From Harriotta raleighana (taxonomy: Eukaryota), in assembly GCA_050575255.1 (NCBI GenBank), contig JBNZDD010013730.1, positions 4,695,607 through 4,759,606 of the forward strand: 64,000 nt of DNA, given 5' to 3'. Under the pieces are notes generated by a model, which saw nothing but the letters and a program-made list of their open reading frames with translations, did not search any database and was not told the origin of the DNA. This document shows positions 25,993 through 37,060 of this stretch, one piece after another; the stretch's first letter is position 1; the number at the start of each line of letters is the position of its first letter. The position numbers and the translations under genes were made by a program.

Positions 25993-27450
25993 ATGGCCGA
26001 CCCCCTGCGCCGGACTCTGCTAGCCAAACTGCGGGGCAGGAGATCCAAGAAGCCGGGGCCGAGCGGAGGCGGCGGCGGAGGAGGAGGAGGAGGAGGAGGA
26101 GGCGGGAGGAGCCAGGCAGGTAAAGAGCAGCCCCGGGAGCCCGAGCGGCAGCGGCGGCAGGAGGAGGAGGCCGGGCCGGCGTGGGCTCAGGCTCANCAAG
26201 AAGCCGGGGCCGAGCGGAGGAGGAGGCGGCGGCGGCGGAGGAGGAGGAGGAGGCGGGAGGAGCCAGGCAGGTAAAGAGCAGCCCCGGGAGCCCGAGCGGC
26301 AGCGGCGGCAGGAGGAGGAGGAGGCCGGGCCGGCGTGGGCTCAGGCTCGGGCTCGGGCTGAGCTACAACTCCTCTCCCCGGCCGGGGCTAGGGGGTCTCC
26401 GGGGCCGGGAGCCAGGGGCAGGCGGCGGGGGTCGGAGGAGGCGGCGGAGGCGGAGGCGGAGGAAGAGCAGGCGGTGGCGGTTGGAGAGCGTGGGTTGAGG
26501 AGAGCTGATGCGGGAAGACATGAAGCCACTGGGATGGAGAAGGAGGAGAAGGAGAAGAAGAAGAAGAAGAAGAAGGAAGAGGAGGAGGAGATGATGATGA
26601 TGATGATGAAGATGATGGATAGATGTCCGACACCCAACAGGTGTCCAGAGGTCCCCGCCGCTCCAACCCGCCAAGCCGAGCAGACCGACCCCGACCTCAG
26701 CCGCGGCTTCAGCCTGAGCCGAACCAGGGGCCAGGACTCGCTGGACAGCGAGGAGATACTGGAGACACAACAACAACAACAACAGCAACGACAGCCAGCG
26801 ANCCTCAGCCGCGGCTTCAGCCTGAGCCGAACCAGGGGCCAGGACTCGCTGGTCAGCGAGGAGATACTGGAGACACAACAACAACAACAACGACAGCCAG
26901 CGACAGCAGCAGCAGCAGCAGCAGCAGCGGAGGGGGAGGAAGAGGAGGAGGAGGATTACTACGATAACGAGAAGCTGCAGGGTTATGAGCCTGGGGGGAC
27001 ACTCGCCGCCTTGGAGGATTTGCTCCCCGCCCCACAGCGGGACTGTCAGAGCAGAGCTAGGGAGGGCAGCCCCGGCCTGGTCAGCGCCCAGGAGAGAGAC
27101 AGGCTCAGGAGCCGGTTGCAGGAAGCCTATCGCTTGTTAATCCACGCCATGCATGACATGCCGGCGGCCGACCTGGGGTCCGGGGCTAGGTCGTGGGGTT
27201 GCCGTTGGCAGGAGAGCGTCAGGTTGGTAGACAGTGACGGGTGGTCTTCAGACGAGGCTGGAGCCCGGCAGCAGCCGCCGCGGGTGTCTGAGGCGGCCTC
27301 AGCGTCGCCCGTCGACCGCCTGTCTGGGAGGAGAGAGTCTGCTGGCAGCAAGAGCACGGGGAACCTGGTTAGCGCGGTGGTCAGACAGCGCTTGCAACGC
27401 TCAGTCAGCGACGGGCTGCTAGATTACGCTGATGTAGTGTGTCCAAATCG
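25785..27450. promoter_or_regulatory. CpG island over the SYDE2 promoter and exon 1
   Basis: Abrupt switch from AT-rich, CpG-poor background to very GC-rich, CpG-dense sequence. Boundaries are approximate. Confidence 0.85.
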
Positions 27451-27992
27451 TTCGGATGTCAAAGCTGGGCATCACCCAGATTACAGTGGTGCAGATCTGA
27501 ATGTTGGAAGGCAGGCTGGCCACACCACCGAGCGCTCCCAGTGGGGTCAGTCACCTTGGCTTGACGCCCCGGGACGCCCCCATGGTGGGTTTGAGCCCCC
27601 CGAAAGTGGCCCAGCGTTGCCCGATGGCTCTAACTGTAACGCAGGTTCAGAGATGTTAGGAAATAGGTTCAGAGAAGAAGCCGCCGATGCTGACTGTGGG
27701 CTGTGTGAAGAAGGGCCCGATGAACTTAGCGAGAGCCAGGGATGCGCCTTGAAGCCACCCGCAGTCACGGTCAACAAGATGCAAGAATGGATGACCAGAG
27801 GACGTGTGCTATCCTTGGAGATGAAAGAGCGTATTAGTGGGTCTCACAGAGTCAGTGTGGCGCCTAGTTCATTGGCAGGTCAGGCAGCCATCAAAGAGGT
27901 GGAAGTAAAGAAGACCACTTCCCCAGCCTCTGTAAGAGTACAAGGAAACAAAACGGTGGGCTTGCCAACCAGCCAAAGAGTCTTGCTGACAG
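25993..27992 (+). CDS. SYDE2: SYDE2 coding exon 1: long low-complexity N-terminus, containing two assembly duplications at N26196 and N26802
   Basis: ATG in strong Kozak context (gggcATGG) starts MADPLRRTLLAKLRGRRSKK. After removing duplicated blocks 26046-26196 and 26695-26802 the frame is open for 1741 nt (580 codons + 1 nt) to donor ACAG|gtaggc. It includes RLRSRLQEAYRLLIHAMHDMP and LKPPAVTVNKMQEWMTRGRVLSLEMK, which match SYDE2 as I recall it ([26 protein letters not shown]). Confidence 0.85.
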
Positions 27993-28459
27993 GTAGGCGG
28001 TTGCTGTGACAACTGGATCACTTCTTCACTGGGCCTTGCCTACGGGACTGTCGTCTGCAGGAAAGCATCCAGCTGGTTTCTTGCTCTCCAGAATGCACAG
28101 CCTGGAAATGGGGATTCTGTCGCTTTCTTGCTTTAACACCGGTGGAGGTTTCTTTCTCGGTATTCTTAAACTGGTGATGAAATGATACTACCCACTAATG
28201 CTGGAGGGAATTGCAGAATTGATTTGTGTACTTACTCTCTGTACTAGAGCGTACAATGAATCTGCTTTTTAAGTGCTCAAGTAAATGTTCCAGTCATATC
28301 CAGCTAAGTTTGTAAAGTTGCTATGTTCTAAATACAATACTATATTATTTTAGTTCATGAACAGGTTTATAATCGTTTTAAATTTTTGTTGGAAAATGTT
28401 ACTGGTTTTATAAATGCGCTGTATTGATGAATGATTGATCGGGTTTGTTTCTGATGGTC

Positions 28460-28840
28460 CAAAAACAATTTGCACTTATAGCACCGTCAGGTTAGAGTTA
28501 GGAGCAGGTTAGAGTCTCAGAGTGCTCCATTGCATGTAAAATATAACTACAGTAGCAACTATCACATAGTCGCTGGTCAATTGGATCCCAGACCAATCGG
28601 ATTGTTGAAGAGGAGGATCTTGAGGCGGGATTTGAAGGAGGCTAGGGAGGGGGCGGGATAGAATTCCAGAGGTTGGGTGCAAAATAGTGGAAGGCTCACC
28701 TGCCGATGGTAGGGCGGGTGGGTCGGAGGACATAGAACAAGCCAGAGCCCACTGAGCGGGCAAATTGGTAGGGGGTTAGGAGGTTTGCAGAGGTAAGGTG
28801 GAGCAAGGCAGTGGAGGGCTTTGAAGTCTTTAAAGCTATG
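28460..28840 (-). mobile_element. L2 3' fragment (antisense, intron 1)
   Basis: ttgaagaggaggatcttgaggcgggatttgaaggaggctagggaggggg...ttccagaggttg is the reverse complement of the L2 3' region seen at 5600-5715. Confidence 0.8.
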
Positions 28841-29229
28841 GTAGGGTGACTGGCCTGCTCAGATCCACCCTCTGTTCGCTATCATCAGCACCTCTCAACT
28901 TGAGGGACAATGTAGTTCAGCCCAGTTTTCTCAATTTATTACTTCTTGGTAGCAACAACAACAAAATTACATTTATAGAGCGCCTTTCACATCGGGAGGA
29001 TGTCTCAAGGCACTGGGGAGCTACAGCACAAGAAGCCTTTCATTTTCTTTATCAATCTTCTCTTTATAGTTTTTCTCAATGTGGATATAAATCCAACAAA
29101 CTGCCCTTATTTAGCACCTTTCACATGGGGAGAGTATCTCAAAGTGCTTTTCAAAGTCTTGGGCACTTGAAGCGAGTATTTGTGATAATTAGCCATTTTG
29201 GTATATGAGTTCAAACATTGGATTTTTAT

Positions 29230-29630
29230 CTAGATTACAAAGAATGTAAAGCATGGACGCAAGCAGCTCAGACCAATCAGTCCACGTCAATGTTTATACT
29301 CCACAAAAGACTTCATCCATTCCTTTACTTCTTCCCATACCCTTCTATTCTCATCTCCCTCGTGTGAAGGTCTAGATTCCTCTTTAATGTATCTACATTA
29401 TCTGATTGAACCACTGCTCCAAGCAGTGAGTGCCTTTGTCTCATTACCCTCTACACAAAGTACTCCTAAATTGTTTTTGATTCCCCGATTCACTATCTTA
29501 TTTTTATGTTGCCTGGTTACGGACTCCCGAACCACTCAAAGCGGCCTATTTATGTCAATCTTATTGAATCCTTTTACAATTTATAAAATGTCTATTAGGT
29601 CCCCTCATAAATATCTTTGTTTTTCCTGCT
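29230..29630 (-). mobile_element. CR1-like LINE 3' fragment, degraded
   Basis: Reverse complement has gaggggacctaatagacattttataaattgtaaaagga (RGDLIxxYKIxKG, typical CR1 ORF2 C-terminus) and a CR1-like 3' UTR. Confidence 0.65.
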
Positions 29631-29844
29631 AAAATAAATTACTTTTCATTTTCCTACCTGGTGGGTGTTTGAATGGAAGAGCCAACACAACTATCCTAAA
29701 TCTGTTCTTAATTTTAACATTCTTTTAAATATGCATTTCTAACTGATTAACTGTAAGAGGTGGGAACCCTCATTGTATTTTTTTCTCTCTCACCTCATCA
29801 AGTGATACAAAAACCAAATGTAGGATTTAAACCCAACTAAGACT

Positions 29845-29942
29845 GGTTAACACAGCACAGGCTGGGGATCAAATCTGGGATCTTCCTAATCTGCATGGCT
29901 CCATACTACACGACGTATGCATTTCCCACTAAGCCATATCGG
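29845..29942 (-). mobile_element. tRNA-derived SINE head fragment (different family)
   Basis: Reverse complement tggcttagtgggaaatgc...gagccatgcagattaggaagatcccagatttgatccccagcctgtgctgtgttaac has degenerate A and B boxes. Confidence 0.45.
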
Positions 29943-32900
29943 ATCCCTGCCATCTTATTTTCAATAGTTGAGTTACTTTTCAGAGGGCTGTTATGCATAT
30001 CTGGTGTAAATCTCTCTCCCAATAAAGAGATGGAAAATAAATGCATTTCTGTTATAGTTTTACACTATTTGGTAAGAAAAAAGCTGTCCTGGGTTTTCAA
30101 GATGTATGTTCCATAAATTATTCTCTTTTTTAAAAAAACACAGGATAGAACACCAGCTTTTTAATTTATCGGAGAAATGTATTTGATGTTTGAGGAGGAT
30201 CATCTGTTTTTTTTATTTTGAATAGCTTACCATTTAGGGAAGAAACACACTGGATTTTGAAAGCTGGTCTTTATCAGATAATTAAGTTTAATTATAATAA
30301 CTTACTTGGGTTTATTTTCTGTCCCTGAAGATATTTGATATGCACCAGTATTGTCATTGGCTACAGAATTTAAGTGTCCTTCTTGGGCAATTTTGATGCT
30401 GGGGAATTAAGTGGATAACTAATGGGTTTAATGTACTTTCTTCTCTCTAATATTAGGTCAAGTATGGGAGTTTTCAAAAAAATAAGTTGTTGGAAAGTTT
30501 GTACTGGTCTGCATTTATTAACGTTACCCATGGGGTAAATTTAGAATCCAGGATTCCGAGTGCTTATACAATTGCACTATTTAAGCAGCGTTTAAATAAA
30601 TACAAAGGTATGCTTGAAGTCATGGTGGTGATGAATAATTCTGGTTTTCTTGTTGAATATTGTAACACAAGCTTGTTTTTGTTAAAATTACTTATTGCCT
30701 AAAGAAAATAATAATTTGTTATATTATATAAGCAGGCCTCCAGAAATGGATTTCCAGCAACAATCACAGGGTATTTAGAAGGAAACTTTGAAGAATAACA
30801 TCTTTTAAAAAATATATTTTATTAATAGAATTTATAGATAACTTTACTGATATTTATTTACAGATACTTCCATTCAGCTTCTAATAGAATGAATTTAATA
30901 ACATTCACTAGTTAAGAGAAGGTCTAAGAAGGATCCAGTTTCAAGCTCTTTTTATATTTCTGAATAACTATAATGTTGTTTACACCTCATTTTTGATTTA
31001 TCTCTCCCACATATATTCTCTTTTGCCACCACTGTTCGGTTTCCAGTAGTGTGGTAGCTTTTTTAAAGATATCTTCAGAAGTACTTCCAACAGAACACTG
31101 TATTGATGGCATGACAAGGGACACCATCTCTATTTTGAAGATAACCAACAGCAGTTGTAAGATGAGAGCTTAAATATTTGTTAATTTTATTGCAACCACA
31201 ACAGTTATTACAGAAGAAAACGCAGACGTGGTCAATACTTGCTTCAAACCCACAAAGTTTCCTTCAAAATGTCGTTTTAAAAGATGGCATTTTGGGTCCC
31301 ACTCCTTGGGAATTGGAAAGACTGCATCCAGACATTGTTCCTTTCTATATGTCCATTCTTCTCTGAAAATTCACTCACCTGCAGTTTCATTTTAATGGTA
31401 CTGTAATTAGAAAACACCAAATAAACAGTAATATTGCTGAATTTCCCTCTCGGTCTACAATTAAGTATTAGAGATAAAATTGTTTGAATAGATGCAGTGT
31501 GAACACTGCTTTTGATAATCTGTCACTGCAGAGTGCAGCCTTACTAAAGAAGGATTTATTTTAGATGTTAGTCGTGTTTTAGACCGTGATGAGTTGCTGC
31601 CATGGATTAACTTCAGCCACGATCTACAGCTTTGGAATTTAGAGTACACACTTTTGTTTGTTTTAATCTGAAAGTGACCCTTTGTTTTTGATATGAAAAG
31701 TTAAGAAGGAAGTTAGAGTACATTTATTGATTTATTGTCAGTAGACATTTGAGTCGCATATAAGATTCCTGGTGTTTTGACCAGAAAGAAATTCTGTATT
31801 ACTGCATAGTTCTTTTTTCAATATATAGATTAGCTTTTATAGCAGATTTGAAGAAAATACTGCTGTGACATTTCCTGTCAAAATTATTCCAGTGTGAAAG
31901 ACTGTGGTCGTGAGAAGAATTGCTAGCCTTAGGCCCTGATTCCAGACGTGTATGGTCTGCTTGCTCTGGTATGTGGAGTATTCTGTAGGGTTTTCTTTAG
32001 TGAATGTACATATTGGTTGAATTACTTGTCCTAAGTAGAACCCTAAACTTCATCTTTCTTCACCCACCACCAAAATATTCTCAGCTAAATAGCCACATAA
32101 AAGAGGACACGGTCAGTGATGTTCAGATTGAAGCATAAATCAAAAGTATTTGATTTATATAACGTGAAAGCTTTAATTGGTGTAGAAAGGAGCCATCAAG
32201 TCCAGTTGAAACCTATGTTTTCTAGCTTTTTCATGCAGTCCAGAAGTATGAATAGAATTGTGGAGTAATGGCAGCGTGTGAGCACAGGAGGTTAATTGTG
32301 AACAGATGCTCGATTAAACAGGAATTCAGTTTAAGTTATCGCAGTTGTCCTTGATTTCAGAGAGGTGGAGTAAAGTATTGATATGACCCATATTGAGTAT
32401 GGTATTTGAAACCTGGATTTGATTGCGTTAGCTTGAATATTAGAGCTGACTATTATGCACTATTGGACAACCACCCTATATGGGCCTCAATGAAAGCAGT
32501 GTACTGTAGATAAAGTGAAGTAAAATTTGATGGCTGTCTGCTATGATTTTATTCCATACAATCTGCTGTGGGTATGAAATCTAGGTCATTATATCATCAT
32601 AATAGACATGAACCTGTATTTCACACTTCGGAAGAAGGTAGGAAGGAAAAGCGTTTACTTGTCCGACCTCTCAAAGGTTTAGTCTGTTTGCGACTAAGCC
32701 TATAATTTGACAGAAGTTAATCTGCCTTGGGTGAAAAACGCATTAGTTTTTTTTCTCATAAGTACTTTACTTCAACATAAAGTATAAGAGTTATTTTAGA
32801 ACTGGATATTTCATAATGGTTTCCTAATGATCAGAAATACTCCCTGAAAATAGATTCATTTTACTTCAACAGAATTTGTAAAAATGCTTTTTGTAAAATA

Positions 32901-33714
32901 CAGTATTTTAAATGAGTACGAGTATGATGTAGCAGAGTGCTTCCAAAGAAAATTTAAACTGAGTTTTAGTAACATGCATACATATTAGAACTACCATTTG
33001 AATATGTGTAGTCTTATTTTTACTTTTTAAATGTTTAAGTACAATATAGGAATTTTTAGTAAATCATGACTTGGTTTGACTTTTGTTGTGGTACCTTGTT
33101 AAATGTGCTGCTAGTCTTGAATTAATAGGAATTTGGATTACTGCTACTTGTTTGGTGTCAGCTCATGTGCTTTTTTTTTGGTGGGGGGAGGTGGGTTGTC
33201 CATAATAGATGGGTTGAGACATGAATGTCAGTGCAAAGAATGCAATCACTCATAAACTTGCGTGTGTCGCTTAGGAATTTGTTTGCAATTAGAAAAGACG
33301 GTTCAGTTTTGGTTTAATTTTTAGTGTATGGTGCACGCACAATGAAATGTACTTGATACTATCAGCGTTGGGAAAGAATTGAAAAATAGTTGACTGTGTT
33401 ATCTGGATTCTGCTGGAATGTAGTGCAAGTAGTAACGTGCTCCTGGTATCACTTATGTGGCCCTTGAATAGAAGTGCGTATATTGTTGAAGCAGTAATGC
33501 ACTGCAGTGTTGTAACGTTCGTGTATTTTGTGACCGCCACATTCCTTTGAAAGTATTTGCCTGGAAGGCATTATTGTCTTGGGGTGCAATGAGCCAGTAC
33601 TAGGAAAAATGGTGGTAAGCAGATATTGTCAAGGCGACTTAAGCTCCATTTCTAACCTTAACAATCCTGGCAGCACTTGGTTGCCCATTTGCCAGAGCCG
33701 TGCCAATATATTTA

Positions 33715-33860
33715 CAACAACAACAACAAAATTACACTTGTCTAGCGCCTTTCACGTCGGGAGGACGTCCCAAAGCGCTGAACAATCAGGTCGGGACCTG
33801 AGTAGGAGGGGAGGGTCGGTGGTAGTGGGAGGGGGAAGGAAAGTGGGAGAGGGGGGTGAA
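33715..33860 (-). mobile_element. L2 3' tail (antisense)
   Basis: (CAA)n aaattacacttgtctagcgcctttcacgtcgggaggacgtcccaaagcgctg: intact terminal stem-loop plus microsatellite tail. Confidence 0.85.
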
Positions 33861-34684
33861 TAATAATTACAGGCTGAATAATAATTTGAGCCAGGTATAA
33901 AGTATTTGGACTGGAGAATCCATATTTTCCATATGTTGAACATGTAGCATTCAGCTATTGCCCATTGTGGCTGGCTCTAGTATGGTGGGGGTGGACACAT
34001 AGTGCTCTCAAAATAGAGTCTACAAAGTGATGGTAGTTTTTAACTGTTGCAATTACATTTTATCATTTTTCAAACCCACAATATAAGGGTGAGCTACAGT
34101 TGAAAGACCGAACAGGTTATGGTACTTGTTGGCTTTTCCAATTCAGAGCAAAGTCGGAACAAACTCTGAATTTTAAAGAATATTCAAATTGTGAAGTGAC
34201 TGGTGGTTTACCGCATAGGTATATCTAAAAGCCCATATGGAAAGTTTACAATTTGTGCAATTGTATCATTCTAAAGACAAAGTTTGCAGGTATTGAAATA
34301 GTTATTGTGTTCTTTGAACTGAAGGTTATTGTAGCCTTTAGCTGAGAAATCTAACTCAATAGAACCTATGTTGTAACAACAACATCAACAACCTCTATTT
34401 AATTAGCAGCCTTCATGTGAGGTAGAATCTCGGAGCACGTAAATGAAACATGAATACTGAAGTATGCTTTAATTTTAGGAAACTGGGTCAATTGCAGGGC
34501 TTGGTGTATGCTTTTGCATGAATTGCAGGGTTCAGTGTGTACGTATCTATGTTTAGAGATGAGATCGCACGAGCCTTATTATGCTGGGATACACGTTTCC
34601 TGTTTTGAATATTCAGTGTAAACATTCCAAATGTTTTCAGCGTTATACTGATAAGTTTATCGTCTCTTCTCTTCCTCCTTGCAG

Positions 34685-35371
34685 ATTTCATTGAGAATGT
34701 TCATATCTCCTCAATTATCAAGAGAGAATTAAAAACCAGTGAAGTGAATGAGGTCAATGAGCCCATGCCACATGTTAACAACATCACTGTGTCTAAAAAA
34801 CGTAATTGGCTGCAACAGAGCACTCACAGTCCTTATTGGACTGAAGAGACCAATGTTCTCCTATCAGTAGAGTTGACAAACCACATGAATGGACCTGGCT
34901 GCCTGTCACAGGAAAGCAAGCGGCAGCCACTGGTTCCACCGAGGGAAACCATCGGACAAAACATTACCAAGCAAATCGAAGTGGTTACTCTTGACCACAG
35001 CGATGAAAACGATGCGGATGATGAGGGGGAGATCTGGTACAATCCTATCCCAGAAGATGATGAAGCTGATCTCTCACAGACTCCGTCACCAGCTCCTGGA
35101 GTTACCACAGAGAATGTGAGCAGCAGATCGCAAGTGACTCAGCCCACGTTACCCAGTATCAATGGAATGAAAGGGCCAGTGAACTTGGGGACATCTACAA
35201 CTTGCTTTGAAGGCACGAGGGAGAGCCAGGTTGTTCCAGCGACTGATGTGAATCAGGGGAATCCCATGCATTCCACAGATCGTGTGCAGCTGCCTTGGCA
35301 AATGTGTGCGTGCAAGTCTCCGAGTGGAGTGATCGTGGAAGAGGGCACTGTACTCAAATCTGCAGCTGGAG
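34685..35371 (+). CDS. SYDE2: SYDE2 coding exon 2
   Basis: Polypyrimidine tract + cag|AT acceptor; G|AT joins exon 1 in phase 1 (D FIENVH...). Encodes ITVSKKRNWL and DADDEGEIWYNPIPEDD, a SYDE-family motif. Donor GGAG|gtaagc. Length 687 nt. Confidence 0.95.
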
Positions 35372-35627
35372 GTAAGCAACACAACCCTTACCTGTAAGGG
35401 TAACTCTGTAAACTTATGATTTGTAAATTATTCATTTTCTACTGTGATTAACACCAACCTGGAATTTGAAGTTATTTCATTTCCATTGTTTTCATTTTTA
35501 AGGAATTTCCTTCAAACAAACATCCGTTTTAACTAATCTACACTTTCAACGGCATTTTTTTTTGTAGGACTAATTTATATTAAGTTTTGATTCTCATGCT
35601 AGATATCGTGTACAAGCTTCTTATCAT

Positions 35628-35875
35628 ACAACAACAACAACAAAATTACATTTATAGAGCGCCTTTTCACATTAGGAGGATGTCCCAAGCGTTGACAGTC
35701 AGGTCGGGACCCGAGTAAGAGTGGGAGGGCAGGGTAAGAGGGAGGGGAGGGAGAGAGCTGGGAGGCACAATCAACGAGGAGGATCTTGAGACCGGCCTTG
35801 AAGGAAGCAAGGGATGAAGCGAGGTGAATGGACTGTGGGATGAGTTCCAAAGTGGAGAAGGGAAGCTCCACAAGC
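35628..35875 (-). mobile_element. L2 3' fragment (antisense, intron 2)
   Basis: (CAA)n aaattacatttatagagcgccttttcacattaggaggatgtccc, followed by reverse-complement L2 3' sequence. Confidence 0.85.
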
Positions 35876-36094
35876 ACCAAAATGTTTGTTTCTGTATTAA
35901 TGTGTTCACACGATCCTATAGTTATATTGTACTGCTAAATTAAATGGATACGGTGTCAAAGACAGCTAAAACTGTTGTGCAATTAATCTATTCTATTTGA
36001 TCTCATCATTTAATCTCTTAGCAATACAATTAATGATTATTCTATCCTTCAGATTCTGCCTTTCACATTCATTTTCAGTCTTCATTTTGTCTTC

Positions 36095-37060
36095 ACAAAT
36101 GGCTTCTCCTCCAGCCCCCACACTGTTTCTTGTGGCATTCCTCTGGGCTCTGTCCTTGGTCCTCTCTTCAACATGTACATGCTTCCTCTTGGTGACATCA
36201 TCCAATGTCAACTTGGAGTCAACGTTCACATATATGTGGATGACACCCAATTCTATCTCTCTCTGTCCACCCTCCACTACAGGACAGAATATCTGTCAGA
36301 CACCAAGTCCTGGATGAGATCTAACTTTCTTCAGTTGAATGTTAACTGATTGGCTCGTCAGTGCCTCCACACCTCAGGCACTGGCAGCATCGCCATCCAG
36401 AGATTCACACTTTACCTCACTGAGCCAGTCCGGAACCTTGCCGTTTTGTTTAACTCAGCTGTCGTTTCTACCCTACATCCATGCCATGTCCCGCTCTGTT
36501 TTCCCCCACCTCTGCAACATTGCCTGGCTCGATTGCTACCTCTCCCCTCAGGCTGCTGAAACCCTCATCCACGCATTTATCACATCTAGGCTCAACTAAA
36601 CCAACTCCCTGCTTGTCGGGCTTTCCAACTTCCCTCCACAAGCTGCAGATCATCCAGAACTCTGCCGCTTATGTCCTCTTCAGCCCTAGGCTCCGTGGCC
36701 TTATTACCCCCATACTTACCAGGCTCCCCTGGCTCCCCAACCCCCAGTGGATAAAGTTCAAAATCCTCATCCTTGCCTTCAAAGCCCACTAACACCTTGC
36801 TTCTTCCTACTTTTGTGACTTACTAACCCAATATCAACCTGTCCACTCTCCACTCAGCATGCTCCGGCCTTCTCCGTGTCCCCCGCTCGGCCTGCCCACC
36901 AACGTCGGTCAAGCCTTCAGTCTCTGTTCCCCCTCTTTACCCTCCCTGCCTCCAGCCACTCTGATCCCAAACCCCTGCTTAGGTCCAAATCTCTGTGACT
37001 GTCCTTGGGAAGTCCACTCAATGTGAAAGGAATTGTACAAATGTAATTTTGTATTGTATT
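36095..37060 (+). mobile_element. L2 3' fragment with RT remnant (sense, intron 2)
   Basis: cacatatatgtggatgacacccaa (YVDDTQ), ORF-track segments AETLIHAFITSRL and LQIIQNSAAYVL...LPWLP...IKFKILILAFKA, and tail atgtgaaagg...gtaattttgt. Confidence 0.9.

Noticed and set aside
26196-26274. SYDE2 pseudogene or premature stop
   Set aside because: The frameshift coincides exactly with an N-junction duplication. All downstream exons, splice sites and the catalytic Arg are intact.
25688-27777. Overlapping antisense and alternative-frame ORFs in the CpG island
   Set aside because: These are expected in GC-rich triplet-repeat DNA with few stop codons, and none has a recognisable domain.
26474-28009. 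511-aa ORF as a standalone gene
   Set aside because: It is the 3' part of SYDE2 exon 1. The frame is open upstream to the N junction, and the exon is spliced at 27992 before the stop.
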